Positions 9,287-19,390 of a stretch of DNA of 64,000 bases are shown here, in pieces (positions within the stretch are counted from its first letter, which is position 1; each line of letters begins with the position of its first letter). Source of the DNA: Leptonemataceae bacterium. GTDB taxonomy: Bacteria > Spirochaetota > Leptospiria > Leptospirales > Leptonemataceae. The stretch covers positions 544,001 to 608,000 of the forward strand of contig OZ245742.1 of NCBI GenBank assembly GCA_965227295.1. The letters are read 5' to 3'. The notes beneath the pieces were generated by a model that did not search any database, was not told the DNA's origin, and saw only the letters and a program-made list of their open reading frames with translations. Both the position numbers and the translations under genes were made by a program.

Positions 9287-10030
9287 TCAACCCGCGGCGC
9301 GCACCTGTTCCCAGAACGGCGGCAGTATCTCGCCGGCCTTGCCCTGCAGAAAAAAGCGGGCGAGGCCGGTCGCGCCCGAGCGCTCCGGATTCACGTCGAC
9401 GGCCACAGCCCCGCGTTCCACCGCCTGCTGGGCCAGGTAAACCGGCATCGGCACCATGCCCGAGGTTCCAATGATGAACACCAGGTCCGCTTCCGCCAGG
9501 AAATCCAGGGAGCGGCCTAACTTCTCATGATCGTAACTTTCACCGAACCACACAACGTCCGGCCGGGCCGGCGCTCCCTCCGCGAACGGACTGAGCGGCG
9601 GCAGTTCCGCTAACGGCGGCGGCGGCAGATCAAACGTTTTCCCCGTACGCGTACACCGCCCGCGCAGAATGCTGCCGTGAATCTCGACGATCTCCCGGCT
9701 GCCGGCACGCGCGTGCAGGCCGTCCACGTTCTGGGTAATCAGCAAGAATTCCGGATAGTAGTCTTCCATGGCAAGCACCGTGCGATGGGCCGCGTTGGGT
9801 TCGGCCTGCGCGCAGACTTCGCGGCGCCAGTCGTACCACTCCCACACGAGCTTCGGATCCCGCTCGAAGGCCCCCGGCGTGGCCAGGTCTTCGGCGCGGA
9901 AGTTCCGCCACAGCCCGCCCTCGCCCCGAAACGTGGGAATCCCGCTCTCGCTGGAAATGCCCGCCCCGGTAATAACGGCAACGCGCCGCGCTCCGGCGGC
10001 GATCTCGATTAACTCCGCATCAAATTGCAT
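9287..10030 (-). CDS. cobB: NAD-dependent protein deacylase (sirtuin, class III)
   Basis: 'TGAGISSESGIPTFRG', 'WYDWRR', 'ITQNVDGLH', 'EIHG', 'RPDVVWFGE', 'IGTSG'. Confidence 0.93.
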   Translation of the reverse strand: MQFDAELIEIAAGARRVAVITGAGISSESGIPTFRGEGGLWRNFRAEDLATPGAFERDPKLVWEWYDWRREVCAQAEPNAAHRTVLAMEDYYPEFLLITQNVDGLHARAGSREIVEIHGSILRGRCTRTGKTFDLPPPPLAELPPLSPFAEGAPARPDVVWFGESYDHEKLGRSLDFLAEADLVFIIGTSGMVPMPVYLAQQAVERGAVAVDVNPERSGATGLARFFLQGKAGEILPPFWEQVRAAG

Positions 10031-10680
10031 TAGTGTTTCCCGAGATTACGTTTGCGGTAACGCACAAACAGCCAGATCAACACGGCAACGCTGATCACCG
10101 AAACGGCGACCTGACTGTAGAGCTTCACCCAGTGTACGACCAGCTCCCAGTTTTCTCCGAGGGCGTAGCCGCCACCGAGGAGCAGCACGTTCCATATGGA
10201 CACGGCCACGGAAAAACTCAACAGGAAGATCGCCATGTTCATGCGCGAAAGACCGGCCACCACCACCACGAAGATGCGAATGCCCGCAAGAAAACGCGAG
10301 ATCACCACCAGCCAGGCGCCCCGGCGACGGAACCACACCCGAGTCTTTTCCAGTTCCTTCTTCGAAAAGACGTCCCCCAGCCAGCGACGAATGAAGCGCG
10401 GCCGTCGCAGCCGTCGACGAATGCCGTAGACCAGGCCCACCACGTAGGTTCCGGCATAGTACATGATCAGTCCGCTCAGGATATTGCCTATGAGCGAAGC
10501 AATGAAAGAAGCCGGCAGCGTGAGCACCTCATGCGCGGACAAAAAGCCGGCGAATACGATGAAGACGTCCCCGGGCCACGGCGGAAACAGGTTCTCCAGC
10601 ATGGACGAGATGCACAAAAAGGCGTAGATGCCCCAATCCGGCAGGGTCCGCAACCATTCAATGATGTCGTAAGCGTCCAT
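10030..10680 (-). CDS. DedA family membrane protein
   Basis: 'LENLFPPWPGD', 'WFRRRGAWLVVISRFLAGIR', 'AGLSRM'. Confidence 0.92.
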   Translation of the reverse strand: MDAYDIIEWLRTLPDWGIYAFLCISSMLENLFPPWPGDVFIVFAGFLSAHEVLTLPASFIASLIGNILSGLIMYYAGTYVVGLVYGIRRRLRRPRFIRRWLGDVFSKKELEKTRVWFRRRGAWLVVISRFLAGIRIFVVVVAGLSRMNMAIFLLSFSVAVSIWNVLLLGGGYALGENWELVVHWVKLYSQVAVSVISVAVLIWLFVRYRKRNLGKH

Positions 10681-10714
10681 GTTTCAGATCAATTTAACAT
10701 CATCTCAAAAACAG

Positions 10715-11812
10715 CTAATCGAAAATTTCCAGACGGCGGGCCAGCAGCATCGCGAAGTTCTCGAAAATGCGCTCGGCGTCCGCGTCGTAGCGTTCCAGCC
10801 GACGCCGCTGTTCGTCGACGATGCGTGCGTTGAGGTCAGCGTCGTCGAGGATGCGGGCGGCCAGCTCCGCCACACGCACGGGATCGAAGCGCCGAAACAG
10901 AACGCCGGCACCGTCGAGGGTCTCTTCGACGGCGGAACGCGGCGAACCGTCGGGCCCGTCACCGGCGTACGCCAGCACCGGTAAGCCGGCCCGCATGGCC
11001 TCCAGCAACGGTACGCCGAAGCCCTCGTGCCGCGACGCCGAAAGAAACATCGAAGCCCGGGCGTAAAGATCCTGCAGTTCGTCGTCGCTTACGTAGCCGC
11101 GCAATTCCACCGCATCGTTCAGTCGCAATTCGTTCCGCAGGCGATCCAGTTCCCGGCGAAAGCTTTCCATGCCGGGGATTTCCGTGCCGGCAATGACCAG
11201 GCGCAGCTCCGGTCGCAGGCGTCGCAGGTAATAAAAAATCTTAAACAATTCCGGCAGACCCTTGTTCGGCGCAATGCGACCGACGAACAAAACCACCGGC
11301 TCCCGCCGCGGAGACGGGCCCTGCTGTCGCCGGTGAAACGGAAATAACAACGGGAGGACGGCCACCTCATCGTAGCCGAGCATTTGCAGTTCCGAAGCGT
11401 TGAAGCGAGAAACGGCGAAGCTTGCTTCGAAACAGCGGCGCAGGCTGCGCAATTCGCGGCGGGCACGTTCCAGGCGACCGGAAATGAACAGGGAGTACGG
11501 CCGGAAGTACTTCGCGGGCGTAACGTTGTGGTACATCAAAAAACGCGGAACGCTCCAGGAAGAGATGCGATCGTTGATCCCCGAGGCAATACCGTAGTGA
11601 TACAGAATGACATCGTCGGGGCGAGGCCGGTAGCGACGCACAAGACCCGCGTCAAAGCCCACGTCGCCGATGTTCTCGGCGAAGATTGCCGTCTCCTGAA
11701 ACGGCAGGGCCGCGGACGACGTGCGGAACATCTGATCCAGCAGACGGATTTCGTTGGTGATCGCGTCACCGGGATTCAGGCCGGGCGCAATTTGCACAAG
11801 GCGGCTCTTCAT
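10715..11812 (-). CDS. Glycosyltransferase family 4
   Basis: 'GDAITNE', 'YHNVTP', 'LFVGRIAPNKG', 'SRHEGFGVPLLEAM'. Confidence 0.93.
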   Translation of the reverse strand: MKSRLVQIAPGLNPGDAITNEIRLLDQMFRTSSAALPFQETAIFAENIGDVGFDAGLVRRYRPRPDDVILYHYGIASGINDRISSWSVPRFLMYHNVTPAKYFRPYSLFISGRLERARRELRSLRRCFEASFAVSRFNASELQMLGYDEVAVLPLLFPFHRRQQGPSPRREPVVLFVGRIAPNKGLPELFKIFYYLRRLRPELRLVIAGTEIPGMESFRRELDRLRNELRLNDAVELRGYVSDDELQDLYARASMFLSASRHEGFGVPLLEAMRAGLPVLAYAGDGPDGSPRSAVEETLDGAGVLFRRFDPVRVAELAARILDDADLNARIVDEQRRRLERYDADAERIFENFAMLLARRLEIFD

Positions 11813-11817
11813 GCAGC

Positions 11818-12858
11818 TCAGGGAATCTTTTCGAGCAGGAGCTCGAAGGAACCGTCTTTCAATTCCTGGGGAAGGTTTTCCGTGACGATGCGGAACCCCA
11901 GCCCCTCGCAGAGTTTCTTGAAGACGACGAAGTCTACGTCGTACAGCCCGCCCCGGGAAAAAGGAGACGAACGCAAGCCGCGGTCGGCGCGAGCGTACAG
12001 GTATCCACCCGGCTTAAGTTTACGTGCGCATAACTCAGGCAGGAGCTCCACGAGACCGCTGGTTTCGCAGAGGTTCGGCACCAGCACGGCGGCTACCGAG
12101 ACGTCGTTATGCCGGGAAAGCAGCGCGTCGGCCGCCAGGCGTTCCACCCGGTCCGGGTATGCCCCCTGCAATCGTAGATACGTCCCATGATCGTCGGCGT
12201 GCAGGAAAAGATCGTTTCGACTGAAACCGGCGGCACTCAGCGCGGCAGCCAGCCCGCCGTTGCGATCGTCCAGACAGAGCAACGGCCCGTCCGGAAAACC
12301 GGAGGCTTCGCGAAGTTCTCGGGCCACAGCGTCGTTCATGGAACGAACAGCCTCGGGTAGTTCCGGCAGCGCCGGCCCGGCAACCCCGGCGTCCGTGCCC
12401 CGGTTGCCGTCACTGAGGGAAGCCAGCCGCGACCGGAGTTCGAAGTTTTCCCCGGAAACACTCTCCAGGCGACTCTGCATGCGCTCCAGGCGATAGTTCA
12501 CGGCAATGAGTTCATGCACTACGTTATAGAAGGCCTGGATCTTATTCTGGCTGAGCTTGTCGTGGAGACTTGAGAAAAAGTTAAAGAGCAGACGGGCAAA
12601 GGTCTTCAGCGGACCACGAAAGCGCCGGTACTTGGGGCTGCGAAAATCAGGAGCGGGGACCGGGCGCTCGAAGAGCTCGGACGTAACCGCGGGATCGAAG
12701 ACGTGTTCGGAAGCGGGGGAAACCGGAGCAAACGAAAGACGTTCGATGCGGCGCTGCTCGTCGAGATCATAGCCGCGTTCCTGAACTCGGTTTTCTATAG
12801 TTTCGACAATTTCCTGTGAATCGATGCCGGGAGCGTGTATCTCAAATATATCTTTCAC
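11818..12858 (-). CDS. Hypothetical protein with coiled-coil and possible degenerate methyltransferase-like C-terminus
   Basis: GTG start, 346 aa. Heptad stretch 'LIAVNYRLERMQSRLESVSGENFELRSRL' and C-terminal 'ARKLKPGGYL...LCEGLGF'. Directly upstream of the GT4 gene. Confidence 0.65.
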   Translation of the reverse strand: MKDIFEIHAPGIDSQEIVETIENRVQERGYDLDEQRRIERLSFAPVSPASEHVFDPAVTSELFERPVPAPDFRSPKYRRFRGPLKTFARLLFNFFSSLHDKLSQNKIQAFYNVVHELIAVNYRLERMQSRLESVSGENFELRSRLASLSDGNRGTDAGVAGPALPELPEAVRSMNDAVARELREASGFPDGPLLCLDDRNGGLAAALSAAGFSRNDLFLHADDHGTYLRLQGAYPDRVERLAADALLSRHNDVSVAAVLVPNLCETSGLVELLPELCARKLKPGGYLYARADRGLRSSPFSRGGLYDVDFVVFKKLCEGLGFRIVTENLPQELKDGSFELLLEKIP

Positions 12859-12968
12859 CAGCCGTTCCGGTTCCGGGAAAGGTCGCGCCTGACCACCGCC
12901 GGGTCAAGCCAAATCCGCGAGAATATAGTTTACACCGAAGCCGTGAGAACCGGACGCTATCCGCAATC

Positions 12969-13388
12969 GTGCGGATCACCAGCAAAGGCAGATACGGCCT
13001 CAAGGCCATGATGGAACTCGCCGCCCCGGAAAACCAGGGCAGCCTGCTCAAGACGCGGGAGATCTCCGAACGCCGGGACATCCCGCTGAAGTACCTCGAA
13101 CAAATCATAAACACCCTTAAGAAACAAAACCTGGTCGCCAGCGTGCGCGGCTCCGAAGGCGGTTATCGCCTGGCCCGGGCTCCCCACGAAATCACCGTCT
13201 ACGAAATCCTCAACTGCCTTGAAGGCGACCTCAGCATCATCGATAAAAACGATCCGACCTGGGGTCGCGACCAGGGCGTGTTCTGGACCGAGCTGGAAGA
13301 TCAGATCCGCCGCATCCTCGACGTCCCCCTCTCGGATTTCATTACCCGCCACGACGAGGCGTCCCAGAATCTTATGTATTACATTTAG
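12969..13388 (+). CDS. Rrf2 family transcriptional regulator (CymR-like)
   Basis: GTG start 'MRITSKGRYGLKAMMELA', 'IPLKYLEQI', 'SVRGSEGGYRLAR'. No three-Cys Fe-S motif; ends MYYI. Confidence 0.9.
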   Translation: MRITSKGRYGLKAMMELAAPENQGSLLKTREISERRDIPLKYLEQIINTLKKQNLVASVRGSEGGYRLARAPHEITVYEILNCLEGDLSIIDKNDPTWGRDQGVFWTELEDQIRRILDVPLSDFITRHDEASQNLMYYI

Positions 13389-14397
13389 TACAAAGGCGTA
13401 CGAGCACCGGCGCAGCGTAGTAGTACCAAAACGCCGCGACCTCACGCAGCATGTACACCGGCAGGAAACGCAAAATGCGGCTCTGCTTTGCCGGCACGGT
13501 ATAGACCTCGGTGCCCGCGCGCAGGTAAGCCAGCTTAATGCGCGGAAGATGATAGAACTGCGACACGGCCAGCACGGTTCGCAGATCGTGCTCACGAAAC
13601 ATGGCGACAGTCTCATCCACGGTGGCCTGGGTGCTGAGCCCGTTCCGATCCAGAAGGATGTGCCGGTCCTTTACACCGTGGCGCAGGGCATAACGGCGCA
13701 TAGCCTCAGTTTCGTGCATGTCGCCGTCGGCGGGACCGCCGCTCAGGATGAGCCGATCCACCGTGCCGTCGTTGTAAAGGTCCACGGCCGTGCGAATGCG
13801 ATCGTACAACGCGGTGGAAAGACGGCCGTCCGCATAGGCGCGCGCCCCGAAAACGACGGCGACATCGGCGGGACGGCGGTAGTTCGTCGAGCCGAAACAA
13901 AGCATCTGCAACAAGGGAAAGAGCACCGCAATCACGGCGAGCGCAAACGCGGCCCACAGGCGGCCAATCGCACTAATCTCTTTCCATCGCAAGTTAGCCG
14001 CCCGGAAGGGGCGATTCTCACCGGAGCGGCGAATCTGCCGCAACATGAACACTACCGGCAGCAACAAAAAGAGCGACAACGGCACGGGAAACCAGGTATC
14101 GATGAAGCCGTAGTACAGGAGTCCGTAGTATTGCAGTACGTTCTGTGCCAGGAACAACCCCAGAAATCCCAGGCCGCCGACGATGAACCAGCGCCCCGGG
14201 CCGCCTGAGGGCACACCGATGACGTACGCCGCCAGCACAAGGGCGACCAGGATCAGAGCAAAGAACGGCAGCGGTGCCGGCAGAAGGCGGAAGTCCACCC
14301 ACCAGATGTTCGCATCGAAGCCGGGCAGCACCAGGTCCAGGCCCAGATTCAGCAGCGAAAATCCCGCGAAAAAGAGCGCCGTGGTTCTGAGCAACAT
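13372..14397 (-). CDS. YdcF/SanA (DUF218) family protein with N-terminal membrane domain
   Basis: 'AVVFGA...LYDRIRTAVDLY...LILSGG...ETEAM...GLST...VSQFYHLPR...LREV'. Confidence 0.88.
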   Translation of the reverse strand: MLLRTTALFFAGFSLLNLGLDLVLPGFDANIWWVDFRLLPAPLPFFALILVALVLAAYVIGVPSGGPGRWFIVGGLGFLGLFLAQNVLQYYGLLYYGFIDTWFPVPLSLFLLLPVVFMLRQIRRSGENRPFRAANLRWKEISAIGRLWAAFALAVIAVLFPLLQMLCFGSTNYRRPADVAVVFGARAYADGRLSTALYDRIRTAVDLYNDGTVDRLILSGGPADGDMHETEAMRRYALRHGVKDRHILLDRNGLSTQATVDETVAMFREHDLRTVLAVSQFYHLPRIKLAYLRAGTEVYTVPAKQSRILRFLPVYMLREVAAFWYYYAAPVLVRLCTKCNT

Positions 14398-14435
14398 ATC
14401 CGTCTACAGGTGCAACCGAAAGGCAGCGGCCGATC

Positions 14436-15098
14436 TTACCAGGGAAGCACTTCGCCCTGGGCGTGCCAGAAGGTACCGCTGTTGTCGAGGTTGAGCCCGT
14501 CCATGCGTTGAATCAGATGCGCGGCAGACTCGTCCGGCGTCACGTTCCCGTTGCCGCCGGTCATGTCCGTTTTCACGAAACCGGGATGCAGAATCCCCAC
14601 GGCCACTCCGCGATCCTTGAGATCGTGGGCCAGGGACATGCCGGCCATGTTCAGCGCGGCCTTGGACATGCGATAGCCGTACATGCCGCCGGACGTGTTA
14701 TCCGCGATCGAGCCCATCCGCGAAGTAATCAGCGCCACTTTGGAGGGCTTCGCCAGAAGATGCAACAAGGCGTGTACGGTGCGCAACGGACCGACGGCGT
14801 TCACGTCGAATTGCTCGCGGATCGTGTCCAGGTCCAGGTCGTTCAGGCCGCCGCCGCGCAGAATGCCGGCATTGTTCACGAGCAGATCTAGACTGACGTC
14901 ATGCAAGCGCCCGGCCAGGTCCGCGAGGGAACCCGGCTGGGTTACGTCGATGCCGTGTTCGACGCGAACGCCCAGGGCGTCCAACGCCTCCGAAGATGTG
15001 CGGCAAACCGCGATGACGTCATCGCCGCGTTGTTTCAATTGTTTGCAAATCTCAAGGCCGATGCCGCGATTTGCTCCGGTGACCAGTGCCGTTGCCAT
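14436..15098 (-). CDS. SDR family oxidoreductase (CsgA-like)
   Basis: 'ALVTGANRGIG', 'LVNNAG', 'YRMSKAALN', 'LHPGFVKTDM'. Confidence 0.93.
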   Translation of the reverse strand: MATALVTGANRGIGLEICKQLKQRGDDVIAVCRTSSEALDALGVRVEHGIDVTQPGSLADLAGRLHDVSLDLLVNNAGILRGGGLNDLDLDTIREQFDVNAVGPLRTVHALLHLLAKPSKVALITSRMGSIADNTSGGMYGYRMSKAALNMAGMSLAHDLKDRGVAVGILHPGFVKTDMTGGNGNVTPDESAAHLIQRMDGLNLDNSGTFWHAQGEVLPW

Positions 15099-15130
15099 AA
15101 TAAATGCTCCTGAGTTATGTTCAATGTAAG

Positions 15131-16291
15131 TTAATGGCCGGGGCCGAGCTTCAGCACGGAACCCGTGCCGTAGTCCACGACGTAGAGTTCGCCGGCGGCG
15201 TCCTCGCCGAAGCTCGCCCAATTGCCGCCGCCGTTTCGGAGGACCTCGGCGGGACCGGCGGCCCGCCCCGCCTTATTCAACGGCAACGCCCAGATCTTGC
15301 CGCTCACAAAGTCCGCGAAGAAGTACTGACCGTAACGCCCGCCGAGGGTCTTGCCGCGATAGACGAAACCGCCGGTAATGCTCTGCCCCTCGTCATGGGA
15401 GTACTCGTGGATCGGATCCACCAGGCCGGGACGTTCACATTTCGTCTTCGGATTATAGCAGTGATTGCCTTCTTTCAAACGCCAGCCGAGATTATCGCCG
15501 GCAGCAATGAGATCGATTTCCTCCCACGCGTTTTGCCCGACGTCACCGGCGTAGAGCCGCCCCGTCTCGCGATCGAAGCTGAAGCGCCAGGGATTGCGGA
15601 GGCCGTAGGCGTAAGTTTCGGGCAGGAAACCTTTGCGAGTCAACAGGGGATTGTCCGGCGGGACGCGGTATCCCTTTGTGCGGCCCGGACGCGGATCGAT
15701 GCGCAAAATCTTGCCGAGGTACGTGGCCGGGTCCTGGCCGGCGTTCAACGGATCGCCGGCGGATCCGCCGTCGCCGGTGCCGATGTAGAGTTTGCCATCG
15801 GGACCGAACACAACGAGGCCGCCGTTGTGATTGCGATACGGCTGGCGGAACTTCAAGAGAATGCGGCGCGCTTTTTCACGAGCCCGCGGCGGCTGACCGC
15901 TGCGAAAATCCACCGGAATCTCTGCGATGTGCGAAAACGACGGACGTCCCGCCGTGTAGTTTACGTAGACCGGGGCCTCGCCCGCGGCTTTGCCCTCAAC
16001 ATAGCCCGGCGAAAATGCCATCGACAGCAGGCCTTCTTCGCCGCTGCCACTGTTAATGACTTTGCTCAGATCCAGAAAGAGACTGCGCTGTTCGCCGGCA
16101 ATGCGATGGACCTTGCCGCCCTGCTCGACGACGTACATCACGTCGCTGCGTTGCGGCGGAAACACGACCTGGAGCGGCTTCTGAAAACCGCTCGCGACTT
16201 TTCGCAAGACCACGCTCCCGCTCTCGCCGCGGGCTTTGTCGCAGCCGAAGATGCCGACGATCAGCGTAAAGAACACAAGGACTCGCATCAT
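15131..16291 (-). CDS. PQQ-dependent sugar (glucose/sorbosone) dehydrogenase, possibly a lipoprotein
   Basis: 'GEEGLLSMAF', 'NHNGG', 'FGPDGKLYIGTGDGGS', 'YGLRNPWR', 'DVGQNAWEE'. Signal peptide ends 'IFGC'. Confidence 0.9.
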   Translation of the reverse strand: MMRVLVFFTLIVGIFGCDKARGESGSVVLRKVASGFQKPLQVVFPPQRSDVMYVVEQGGKVHRIAGEQRSLFLDLSKVINSGSGEEGLLSMAFSPGYVEGKAAGEAPVYVNYTAGRPSFSHIAEIPVDFRSGQPPRAREKARRILLKFRQPYRNHNGGLVVFGPDGKLYIGTGDGGSAGDPLNAGQDPATYLGKILRIDPRPGRTKGYRVPPDNPLLTRKGFLPETYAYGLRNPWRFSFDRETGRLYAGDVGQNAWEEIDLIAAGDNLGWRLKEGNHCYNPKTKCERPGLVDPIHEYSHDEGQSITGGFVYRGKTLGGRYGQYFFADFVSGKIWALPLNKAGRAAGPAEVLRNGGGNWASFGEDAAGELYVVDYGTGSVLKLGPGH

Positions 16292-16333
16292 CTCCTGGAA
16301 AGTTAACAAGCCCTCACGTCACGTCCACGGTTT

Positions 16334-16371
16334 TAAAAAACAAAACGGGCCCCCTTTCGGGCGCCCGTTCG
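16334..16371 (-). terminator. Intrinsic terminator after rplQ
   Basis: Minus strand AACGGGCGCCC-GAAA-GGGGGCCCGTT followed by TTGTTTTTT. Confidence 0.8.
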
Positions 16372-16401
16372 TCTTCGTTGCGATTCGCCGGAGCGATGTC
16401 G

Positions 16402-16962
16402 TTATTCGCTGTCGCGCTTTTTGCGACGGAAACGATCGTACCACTTGCCCTTGCGATCGTCGCCGCGATCCGGTCCTCTGGAATCGCCCTTTTTCGATTC
16501 GCCGTCCGTTGCGTCCGTGCCGTCTTTTTTCTTCTTCGGCTTCGCTTTGGCTTTCTTCTCCGGCACTTTGCGGATTTTCTCTTTGCGATCCACGAGCTCG
16601 ATGATGCTCATCTCCGCCGAATCCGACTGGCGATCCGGAAGGTGAATAATACGCGTATACCCGCCGTTGCGATCTTTGAAACGCGGCGCAATGTCTTCAA
16701 AGAGTTTCTTTACAACGTCGCGATCGCGCAGATGGCGCATGACCTCACGTTTGTTGTGCAGCTCTTTGTGCGCGTCGGCGTCACTCAGATTCTTTTTCGC
16801 GCGGGTAATGAGTTTCTCGGAATAACCGCGGAGGGCCTTCGCCTTCGCCCGGGTGGTCACGATGCGTTCGTGCTCGAACAATGAAGTCGCCATATTGCGC
16901 ATCATCGCCTTGCGATGCGAGTGCGTGCGATTGAGTTGTGCGACGGAATTACGTTTGCGCAT
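16402..16962 (-). CDS. rplQ: 50S ribosomal protein L17 with charged C-terminal extension
   Basis: '[22 protein letters not shown]', 'RNGGYTRII'. Confidence 0.97.
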   Translation of the reverse strand: MRKRNSVAQLNRTHSHRKAMMRNMATSLFEHERIVTTRAKAKALRGYSEKLITRAKKNLSDADAHKELHNKREVMRHLRDRDVVKKLFEDIAPRFKDRNGGYTRIIHLPDRQSDSAEMSIIELVDRKEKIRKVPEKKAKAKPKKKKDGTDATDGESKKGDSRGPDRGDDRKGKWYDRFRRKKRDSE

Positions 16963-17003
16963 GGTTGTTGTTTCCTATTCGGCTTACGCCGGCTTGCGTC
17001 CGA

Positions 17004-17996
17004 TTAGTCCCGCGTGGCAAAGAAATCCCGCATGCCGAATTCCAGATTCATTTCGGCGAGCTTTTGTTTGATTTCGTCCACGCACTGAGTGGAGTAGTGA
17101 CGGGATTTTTTCAGTTCCTCTTCGGTCCGCTTGACCAGATCGGCGACGAATTCAATTTCCAGGCTCTTCAGCACGGACAGGGAACGCACGGACAGGTCGA
17201 GTTCCTCGACGTGTTTTTCGAGGTTTTGCCGCAGCGTCTCCTCGATCTCGTTCGTATCCTCGTCGAAATCGTCGTCTTCTTCTTCGAAGTTGATGAATAC
17301 CGTAAGGTGTTCTTTGAGAATCTTAGCGGCCTGAGCCAGGGCGTCTTCCGGAGCCAGGGAGCCGTCGGTCCAGATCTCCATGATCAGCTTGTCGTAGTCC
17401 GTACGCTGGCCGACACGGGTTTCCGTGACCTCGAAGTTCACGCGTTTCACCGGCGAGAACAGCGCGTCCACCGGAATGGTGCCGATTTCGTCGATGTTCT
17501 TCTTGAGGATTTCAGCGGGAACGTAGCCGCGGCCGCGCTCGAACTGAATATCCATAACCAGTTCTGCGTCTTCGTTCAGGGTGGCAATGTGCAGATCAGG
17601 GTTGAGGATCTGAATCGAAGAGTCCACGGCCAGGTCGCCGGCGCGGAAGATGCCCGCGCCGCGTTTTTCAACATGGATCACTTTCGGTTCGTCACGGCTC
17701 TCGGACTCGTAGTGAGCCCGCACCTGCTTCAGGTTCAGGATGAGGCGAACGACATCCTCGGCGATGCCCTCGATCGTAGAGAACTCGTGCGGGACGTTCT
17801 CGATCTTTACGGCGGTGATGGCGGTGCCTTCAATCGAAGACATCAGCGTGCGACGCAGGGAGTTCCCGATGGTCGTGCCGAAGCCGCGCTCAAAGGGCTC
17901 CGCCGTAAATCGGCCGTAACCGGGTTGGGCCGCATCCTGGGCAAATTCAATCTGTCTCGGGCGCTTCAGGCCGCGTAGGAGGTATTTCGGTGACAA
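17004..17996 (-). CDS. rpoA: RNA polymerase alpha subunit
   Basis: TTG start at 17996 after AGGAG. '[17 protein letters not shown]', '[10 protein letters not shown]', '[11 protein letters not shown]'. Confidence 0.97.
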   Translation of the reverse strand: MSPKYLLRGLKRPRQIEFAQDAAQPGYGRFTAEPFERGFGTTIGNSLRRTLMSSIEGTAITAVKIENVPHEFSTIEGIAEDVVRLILNLKQVRAHYESESRDEPKVIHVEKRGAGIFRAGDLAVDSSIQILNPDLHIATLNEDAELVMDIQFERGRGYVPAEILKKNIDEIGTIPVDALFSPVKRVNFEVTETRVGQRTDYDKLIMEIWTDGSLAPEDALAQAAKILKEHLTVFINFEEEDDDFDEDTNEIEETLRQNLEKHVEELDLSVRSLSVLKSLEIEFVADLVKRTEEELKKSRHYSTQCVDEIKQKLAEMNLEFGMRDFFATRD

Positions 17997-18096
17997 CTCT
18001 GATCTCCTGGGCCGGTTCGCTGTTTCGCGATGCCGGCTGTGCTCTGACAATCTACAGTAAAACCAAGCCGCGCTCAAATGAGCGCGACACGATGAA

Positions 18097-18477
18097 TCAA
18101 ACCCGACGCCGTTTGCGCGGGCGGCAACCGTTGTGCGGTAGCGGCGTTACGTCTTTAATGGTGCGAACGGAGATACCTTCGTTCGCAATGCCACGAATGG
18201 CTGACTCGCGGCCGATGCCCGGGCCCTTGACGAATACGTCGACTTCTTTGAGGCCTTGCTCGCGGGCTTTCTCCGCGGCATCCCGGGCCGCCTGCTGGGC
18301 CGCGTACGGCGTGGACTTCCGCGAACCGCGGAAGTTCATGTGGCCGGCGCTCGACCAGGCAATGACATTCCCCGACGGATCGGTGATCGTAACGATGGTG
18401 TTGTTGAACGACGCCTGGACGTAGACGCGACCGCGTGGTACGTTGCGTTTTTCTTTTTTCTTTGCTGCCTGGGCCAT
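18097..18477 (-). CDS. rpsK: 30S ribosomal protein S11
   Basis: '[12 protein letters not shown]', 'RKSTPYAAQ', 'PHNGCRP'. Confidence 0.98.
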   Translation of the reverse strand: MAQAAKKKEKRNVPRGRVYVQASFNNTIVTITDPSGNVIAWSSAGHMNFRGSRKSTPYAAQQAARDAAEKAREQGLKEVDVFVKGPGIGRESAIRGIANEGISVRTIKDVTPLPHNGCRPRKRRRV

Positions 18478-18490
18478 TTACGATTCCTGC

Positions 18491-18868
18491 TTATTTAGTG
18501 GGCTTCTTCTTGCCGGCGACGGTTTTGCGACGCCCTTTCCGGGTGCGCGCGTTGGTCCGGGAACGCTGGCCGCGTGCCGGAAGACCGAGGCGATGACGAA
18601 GACCGCGATACGAGCCGATGTCCATCAGCCGCTTGATGTTGAGCTGCACCTCGGTACGAAGGTCCCCTTCCACACGATACTTGTCGGAGATGATGCCGCG
18701 GATCGTGTTGACCTGCTGGTCGTCGAGATCCTTGCAGCGGATGGTCTCATCGATCCCCGCTTCGTTCAAGATCTTCTCGGACGTGGTGCGACCGATTCCG
18801 AAAATATACGTGAGCCCGACGACAACTCGTTTGTCGTTCGGGAGTTCTACACCTGATATACGCGCCAT
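18491..18868 (-). CDS. rpsM: 30S ribosomal protein S13
   Basis: '[10 protein letters not shown]', 'YRGLRH', 'RTNARTRKG'. Confidence 0.98.
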   Translation of the reverse strand: MARISGVELPNDKRVVVGLTYIFGIGRTTSEKILNEAGIDETIRCKDLDDQQVNTIRGIISDKYRVEGDLRTEVQLNIKRLMDIGSYRGLRHRLGLPARGQRSRTNARTRKGRRKTVAGKKKPTK

Positions 18869-18916
18869 GCCTTAGCTACCTTCTATAACCTTTTGATCGT
18901 GTCGGATCGCCAACGA

Positions 18917-19030
18917 TCAGCCCTGCCGTTGCTTGTGGCGGGGGTTCTTGCAGATGACGCGTACAATGCCTTTGCGGCGGATTACGCGACAGTCGCTGCA
19001 GATTTTCTTAACGGAAACGCGGACTTTCAT
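18917..19030 (-). CDS. rpmJ: 50S ribosomal protein L36 (below ORF-track cutoff)
   Basis: Manual translation [37 protein letters not shown]; zinc-ribbon type. Confidence 0.97.
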   Translation of the reverse strand: MKVRVSVKKICSDCRVIRRKGIVRVICKNPRHKQRQG

Positions 19031-19079
19031 TATTCGTCTCGTCTTGCTCTTAAGAGTTATTCAGTAATAATTACCGTTC

Positions 19080-19298
19080 TTACTTCCTGCGATACGTGAT
19101 GCGCCCGCGACTCAGGTCGTAAGGCGACAATTCCACCGTAACGCGATCCCCGGGCAGAATGCGGATGTAGTGCATGCGCATTTTACCGGAAATGTGGGCG
19201 AGGACCTTGTGTCCGTTCTCCAGCTCCACGCGAAACATCGCGTTAGGGAGAGGCTCGATCACGGTACCCTCGACTTCAATCGCTTCTTCTTTTGCCAC
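19080..19298 (-). CDS. infA: Translation initiation factor IF-1
   Basis: '[14 protein letters not shown]', '[13 protein letters not shown]'; GTG start. Confidence 0.98.
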   Translation of the reverse strand: MAKEEAIEVEGTVIEPLPNAMFRVELENGHKVLAHISGKMRMHYIRILPGDRVTVELSPYDLSRGRITYRRK

Positions 19299-19390
19299 TC
19301 AATAGTGCCTCTCGCCCAAACCGGGCGAATCTGCCATGATTTTGGACCCACCCGGATTCGTCAGCAACCTTCCAGGAATCCCTGCCGATC

